This document shows, piece after piece, positions 55,079 through 59,479 of a stretch of DNA of 59,479 nt (within the stretch, counting starts at the first letter, position 1; the number at the start of each line of letters is the position of its first letter). The notes beneath the pieces are model-generated. The model did not search any database, had not been told where the DNA came from, and worked only from the letters and a program-made list of their open reading frames with translations. This DNA comes from a virus (taxonomy: Duplodnaviria; Caudoviricetes). Location of the stretch: the IMG/VR virus record IMGVR_UViG_3300021410_000065, positions 1 through 59,479 of that record. One strand, written 5' to 3'. Made by a program: the position numbers and the translations under genes.

Positions 55079-55454
55079 CCTACTCGAAGTGGCGCGCGCT
55101 ACCGGCCTGCGCCAGCACATGCACGGCATCAATGCGCCTGGCGCCCGATTGATCCTGCAACGGTTCGTCGGCGCGCTTCGCCTCCTGCGCTCTGACGGTG
55201 ATCCGCCCACGGTAAGCGCGACGGTCCCGGATGGCTGGCGGCTGGTGCCGCAAACCTACATCGATGCGGTCAAAGGAGCCGCTGAGATCGCAAGCGCCTA
55301 TTCCCCTTGCATCGACAAGGTAGAAGAAGATGGTGGCGACGACGCCGAAGATCCGACATGGGCAATCCACCATCGGCTTTACTACGCCGCGTTTGCTTTA
55401 GAACGCACGCCGCCCACCAGCGCAGCCGATGCGGTGGGGGATCATCATGACTGA
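55014..55454 (+). CDS. Hypothetical protein (VPDGWRLVP motif)
   Basis: Common phage motif. Confidence 0.62.
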   Translation: MSTSTENIQGSGESGGAHASDDLLEVARATGLRQHMHGINAPGARLILQRFVGALRLLRSDGDPPTVSATVPDGWRLVPQTYIDAVKGAAEIASAYSPCIDKVEEDGGDDAEDPTWAIHHRLYYAAFALERTPPTSAADAVGDHHD

Positions 55455-55845
55455 GACCAACCAAACTAAGCTGCCCGACATTCGCACGGACGTTCTGACC
55501 GACAAGCAGTTCGAATACAACTGCGCGCACTACGCTGATTGGGCTTTCTACACGCCGCCCGAACAGTTCCTTTTTCATCATTACGATGAGCCGACCGACA
55601 GGTTGCTGATTTGCCATCGCCCTATGGTGGGCATGGAGAAGTACGTTGTTAGCGGAGTGGATGGCGGCCATTACGGTGTTTACGACACGCGCGATGTGAC
55701 GAAGTGGCTAAAGAACGGGACGTGGATCGAAGTCCAAGATCCTACGTTCTTCTTGAAGCGCGAGGTCGCCGGATTGGAGCAACAACTGGACCAAAAAAAG
55801 GCGGCACTGGACGCCGCCATCGCGGCCAGCAAGGAGATGACGTGA
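55447..55845 (+). CDS. Hypothetical protein
   Basis: Coupled ORF. Confidence 0.65.
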   Translation: MTETNQTKLPDIRTDVLTDKQFEYNCAHYADWAFYTPPEQFLFHHYDEPTDRLLICHRPMVGMEKYVVSGVDGGHYGVYDTRDVTKWLKNGTWIEVQDPTFFLKREVAGLEQQLDQKKAALDAAIAASKEMT

Positions 55846-56678
55846 GCACAGCAGCAATACAAGCAGCGATGCGCACCCGATTCTGCGCGCCTGAGTACGC
55901 CCTAATGTTCGAGGTGGGTGATGGAACCGGCGCGGCTCAACGCCGGTGGGCCGACGCCGTGAGCATGAACATGTACCCATCACGCGGTTTGCTGATCGAA
56001 GGATTCGAGTTCAAGGCCAGCCGCAGCGACTGGCAGCGCGAATTGAAGGACCCTACGAAATCGTGGAACGTGCAGCAATACTGCGAACGATGGTGGATCG
56101 TCACTCTCCCGGGAATCATAAAGGATGGCGAATTGCCGCCCACGTGGGGCCTGATGCTGCTGGAAAACGGCAAGCTTCGCCAGGCGGTTGCCGCGCCGAA
56201 GTTGGACGCGACACCGCCCACAAAGACGTTCATGGCTGCAATGCTGCGCCGTGCGAGCGAAGCCGACGAATCGGTGGTCAGCGAAATAGTGAGCGCAAAG
56301 GTAGAGCGGATCCGAGCTAACAATGAAAAACGCATCGATGCGCAGGTTCAGGCGCGCACGCGTGCAGCCACCGAACTGATGGCAAAGGTGGACAGCATCC
56401 GCGAAAAGACCGGCATCGACATCAGCAGCCATGGTTTCGATGATGAGCTGTTCGTGCGCGCCGTGCGTCTGCTCATGGATTCAGGCGTGCAAGCGACGTA
56501 CAGCGGGCTTGCCAGCCTTCAGTCCGTGCTGGCACGGGCCAGCTTGGCCCTGAACAGCGCAATCGAAGAATTTAATCGCCCTGAGCCGACCATACCGGAA
56601 GCTCAGGAGACGGCGATGCGCCGCCGGAAAGGTTCGCTGGCCGTCACTCCCCCAGTAGCGGTAAAGGAAACTGTATGA
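55842..56678 (+). CDS. PD-(D/E)XK (MmcB-like) nuclease-domain protein
   Basis: RRWADA...GFEFKASRSDWQREL...ELPPTWGL; GTG start after AAGGAG. Confidence 0.78.
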   Translation: MSTAAIQAAMRTRFCAPEYALMFEVGDGTGAAQRRWADAVSMNMYPSRGLLIEGFEFKASRSDWQRELKDPTKSWNVQQYCERWWIVTLPGIIKDGELPPTWGLMLLENGKLRQAVAAPKLDATPPTKTFMAAMLRRASEADESVVSEIVSAKVERIRANNEKRIDAQVQARTRAATELMAKVDSIREKTGIDISSHGFDDELFVRAVRLLMDSGVQATYSGLASLQSVLARASLALNSAIEEFNRPEPTIPEAQETAMRRRKGSLAVTPPVAVKETV

Positions 56679-57001
56679 CCGGCCGCAACTCACAGGGCCC
56701 ACCCAAATGCGGGCATTCCATGAGGCGGTCGTTGATCCTGCCGCTTAAGCGCGAGTACTTCGAGCAGATCAAGGCCGGCCTTAAGCCCCTCGAGTTTCGG
56801 CTCGCCAACGACTATTGGACGAAACGGCTGGTCGGGCGTCACTACGATCGCATCGTGCTCACACTCGGCTACCCGCCGGCCGCCGATGATGCGCGCCGCC
56901 TTATTCGCGCGTGGCGCGGCTACGAGATCCAAACCATCACCCATCCGCACTTCGGCGCCGAGCCGGTGCGCGTTTACGCAATCGACGTGAGGCCATCATG
57001 A
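56675..57001 (+). CDS. ASCH/PUA-like domain protein
   Basis: LPLKREYFEQIKAG.K..EFR...YWTKRL. Confidence 0.8.
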   Translation: MTGRNSQGPPKCGHSMRRSLILPLKREYFEQIKAGLKPLEFRLANDYWTKRLVGRHYDRIVLTLGYPPAADDARRLIRAWRGYEIQTITHPHFGAEPVRVYAIDVRPS

Positions 57002-57132
57002 TGAGCATCGTATTTCTCACCTTCTTCGCCGCAACCGTCGGCTTCTCTGCCGGCGTCATCTGCCGCGCTGCCTGGGGCCGCGATTGACCGACCAGATGAA
57101 CCGCATTGTAAAAACTACAGCTAAGGATTGGA

Positions 57133-57351
57133 ATGTCCAACTACCTGTCCCGAACGGAGCTTCAGGAGCTGACCGGCTACCAGATTCGATCCGCCGTCAT
57201 TCGGTGGTTGGATCGCGGATCCTGGCCATACGCCACTGGCGGCCCAGATGGATGGCCGCGCGTGCTCCGAAGCTATCATGACGCCCGCCTTGCGGGCGTT
57301 TCCATGTCGAAGTCCAAAAAGTCCGACCAAACCCCAAACTGGAGCCGTTAG
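57133..57351 (+). CDS. xis: Excisionase (DUF4224-like)
   Basis: YLSRTELQELTGY...IRWL...G.PRVLR, directly upstream of int. Confidence 0.78.
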   Translation: MSNYLSRTELQELTGYQIRSAVIRWLDRGSWPYATGGPDGWPRVLRSYHDARLAGVSMSKSKKSDQTPNWSR

Positions 57352-58406
57352 TGACCGCAGCCCGCACCCGCAACGCGAAGCTGGGGCTATTGCCCCGCAT
57401 GGACGCCCGCAAGCGAAAAGCGGGTGGCTACACCTATCGATACCTGACGTATGACCGGAAATACATCAATCTCGGACACGACCGCGCTGAGGCGATCCGC
57501 AAGGTGCTGGAGATGGAGTATCGCGCCCCCGACACCGGCACGGCCGGCGAGATGATCCGGGGCTACATGGCAAGCACACTATTTACCGAGCTGGCGCCTG
57601 CCAGCCGAGCGGACTACCTCAATTCGAGCAAAGAAGTGCTTCGCGTCTTCTCGGCAATGCAAGTGAGTGCAATCAAATCGACCCACATCGCTCAATATCT
57701 GCGCGTTGAACGCAAGGCCGCCCCGGTGCGAGCGAACCGCGAAATGGCGTTCCTGTCGTCGGCATTTCAGTTTGGGATCGAACAGGGGCTGGCTGAAACT
57801 AACCCCTGCCGGATGGTGCGGCGAAACACCGAGCGCCCCCGGACGCGCTGCCCGTCATGGGAGGAGATCGCCAGCTTCTGCGACACCGCGCGCCGGCGCG
57901 GCAGCTCCAGTCACGTTATCGGACTCATGGCGCGCTTTATCGCCCTTACCGGACGCCGTAGGGTGGAGTTCATCGAAATGCGGCGTACAGATCTCTCAGA
58001 CGATGGCATCCGAGTCGGCTTCGCCAAGGCGAAGGCGTCAGAGGCAAAGCGTCAGGGATTGATCGAGTGGACGCCGTCCCTGCGCGCGGTCTTTGACGAA
58101 TTGGTGGCCATTGAGCATCCGCGATCTGAGAAGCGGGCGCCAGTGCTGGAATCGATGTTTATGTGGACCAATCGCTCAGGTCAGCCGTACACCGAGCAGG
58201 GTTTCAAGGCGATGTGGGCCAAGATCATGGCCGACTGGCTCGCGGAAGACCGGACGCGCGAGCGGTTCACTTTTCATGATCTCCGCGCCTATTACATCAC
58301 TGTCATGATCGGCGCGGAAAAGGATCCGGAGACTCACAAAAACCCGGCCACCACAAGGCGTGTGTACGATCGCCGCCGGGTCGTTAAGATCAAAACGAGC
58401 GCTTAA
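57351..58406 (+). CDS. int: Tyrosine integrase
   Basis: LTGRR (R), FHDLRA (HxxR), H..PATTRRVY (Y); adjacent to attR. Confidence 0.93.
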   Translation: MTAARTRNAKLGLLPRMDARKRKAGGYTYRYLTYDRKYINLGHDRAEAIRKVLEMEYRAPDTGTAGEMIRGYMASTLFTELAPASRADYLNSSKEVLRVFSAMQVSAIKSTHIAQYLRVERKAAPVRANREMAFLSSAFQFGIEQGLAETNPCRMVRRNTERPRTRCPSWEEIASFCDTARRRGSSSHVIGLMARFIALTGRRRVEFIEMRRTDLSDDGIRVGFAKAKASEAKRQGLIEWTPSLRAVFDELVAIEHPRSEKRAPVLESMFMWTNRSGQPYTEQGFKAMWAKIMADWLAEDRTRERFTFHDLRAYYITVMIGAEKDPETHKNPATTRRVYDRRRVVKIKTSA

Positions 58407-58513
58407 ATACGTGGTGACGGCACCCCTGAGAGCCGCGCCAATGCTGGGGCTCTCTCACTACCGTTATCACCTAAAATCTCGCGCAACCCGCATAAACACT
58501 AGAAAGTAGCGCA

Positions 58514-58563
58514 GATTGTGATTCCAGTTGTCGTGGGTTCGAGCCCCATCAGCCACCCCATCT
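58514..58563 (+). repeat. attR, 50-bp direct repeat
   Basis: Identical to 607..656. Confidence 0.97.
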
Positions 58564-58820
58564 TGCATCGCAGTCGTTGCATCGCATTCAGTGGATCTCA
58601 TTCATTGCATCGCACGCTCCGCACCGCAGATTCAGTGCAGCACATCAGTGCACCATAGTCAGTACAACACACCAGTGCGCCAGATTCAGTGCGCACTATG
58701 CAGTGCGCCCTATTCAGGGCAGCACATTCAATACAGCAGGTCCTGCTGCATTCGTTCATCGAGTACCTTCTCCTCGCTGAATCGTCCAGACTGAGTCCTC
58801 CAGACTGAACGATCCAGACG
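58563..58820 (+). repeat. Degenerate ~14-nt tandem repeat in the host tRNA trailer
   Basis: TTGCATCGCA x3, CAGTGC-like x8 and TCCAGAC x3, at 13-14 nt period. Confidence 0.7.
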
Positions 58821-59032
58821 CGTCTTAGCCGTCGAATCCTCATCCAATCGTCGTTGTTTACCCGTGTTGCGTCACGCGCGTCGCGAACGCGGTGTTTTTG
58901 CGTCCAAGGCCGCGGGCTTGCGCGGCATATCGCCACGCGGTTAAAACTTCAACTGGCGGCACCATCAATCGCCTATCCCAACGGCCCGCCGCCGCCCTCT
59001 CGCACCTTCTTACGCCTCGCGCGTTCGCAGTC

Positions 59033-59479
59033 TTACGTCCCGCTTCGGCGTGCCGACCTGACCTGCGCTTCCGACGCTTCCACAAGCGACTCCATAAAAA
59101 TGTAGCCGCGAGAGCGTTCACCAATCAGCGGGATCACCATGTCGTTGCGCCCGCCCCGTGCGCGCAAACGGGAAACCAGGATGGCCAGCCGATTACGCGC
59201 GCGATAGTCATGATCGTCCAGCGCATCGAGCAGCTCTTCAAACGATCCGCGATGGTCATGCGAACGAGCAAGCAGCGATATGACGGTGGTTTCACCGGCG
59301 GCCAACTTGAGCACGGCACCATCGGGCGCCGTCAATGAACCCTTTACGGCATCGATCTCCCATACCCCCGGTATGGCCTTCGAGGCACGACCCTGTGCGA
59401 GGGCCTCGGTAATGACTCGAGCGCGGTCGAGGCATTTCTTTAGTTCTTTGAGGAGCGCGGAACTGTTAGACATATTCAT
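59033..59479 (-). CDS. Host OmpR/PhoB-type winged-helix DNA-binding protein
   Basis: KLAAGETTVISLL...LAILVSRLR...ERSRGYIF. Confidence 0.8.
   Translation of the reverse strand: MNMSNSSALLKELKKCLDRARVITEALAQGRASKAIPGVWEIDAVKGSLTAPDGAVLKLAAGETTVISLLARSHDHRGSFEELLDALDDHDYRARNRLAILVSRLRARGGRNDMVIPLIGERSRGYIFMESLVEASEAQVRSARRSGT

Larger units (their letters stand above)
607..58563. mobile_element. Complete temperate prophage: lambdoid regulation with podovirus-type morphogenesis
   Basis: att repeats, integrase next to attR, and immunity, replication, head, tail and lysis genes with no obvious frameshift. Confidence 0.96.

Noticed and set aside
58514-58560. Second tRNA-His gene
   Set aside because: Only the 3' part is present, lacking the acceptor 5' strand and D arm; this is attR.
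58563-58820. CRISPR array
   Set aside because: Units are about 14 nt and degenerate, with no unique spacers and no cas genes.

Overview
The window is almost entirely one apparently intact, ~58 kb temperate prophage (607..58563). It is integrated in the 3' half of a tRNA-His(GTG) gene and bounded by a perfect 50-bp attL/attR direct repeat. The host is a high-GC betaproteobacterium; the SSB resembles Alcaligenaceae proteins, which is an inference. The layout is lambdoid: int/xis, an ERF-YqaJ-SSB recombination module, cI/cro with 14-bp operators, replication genes, and Q with pR'/tR'. The late operon is podovirus-type: TerS/TerL, P22-like portal, N4-gp56-type capsid, two fibres, ejection proteins, a ~2925-aa polyvalent protein and a lysis cassette. 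The most striking observation is a complete hidden transcription unit inside the giant virion gene, directly behind its PRTase domain: a sigma70 promoter, a +1-frame 62-aa ORF and an intrinsic terminator. A second +1-frame ORF with a strong RBS sits in another linker of the same gene. The phage also carries a Tad1-like nucleotide-sponge gene, a tandem pair of YebF/Cmi-like immunity genes flanked by a duplicated terminator, a LexA-controlled SRAP operon, a two-gene HEPN moron and several antisense morons. All family assignments come from motif recognition by eye; no searches were run.
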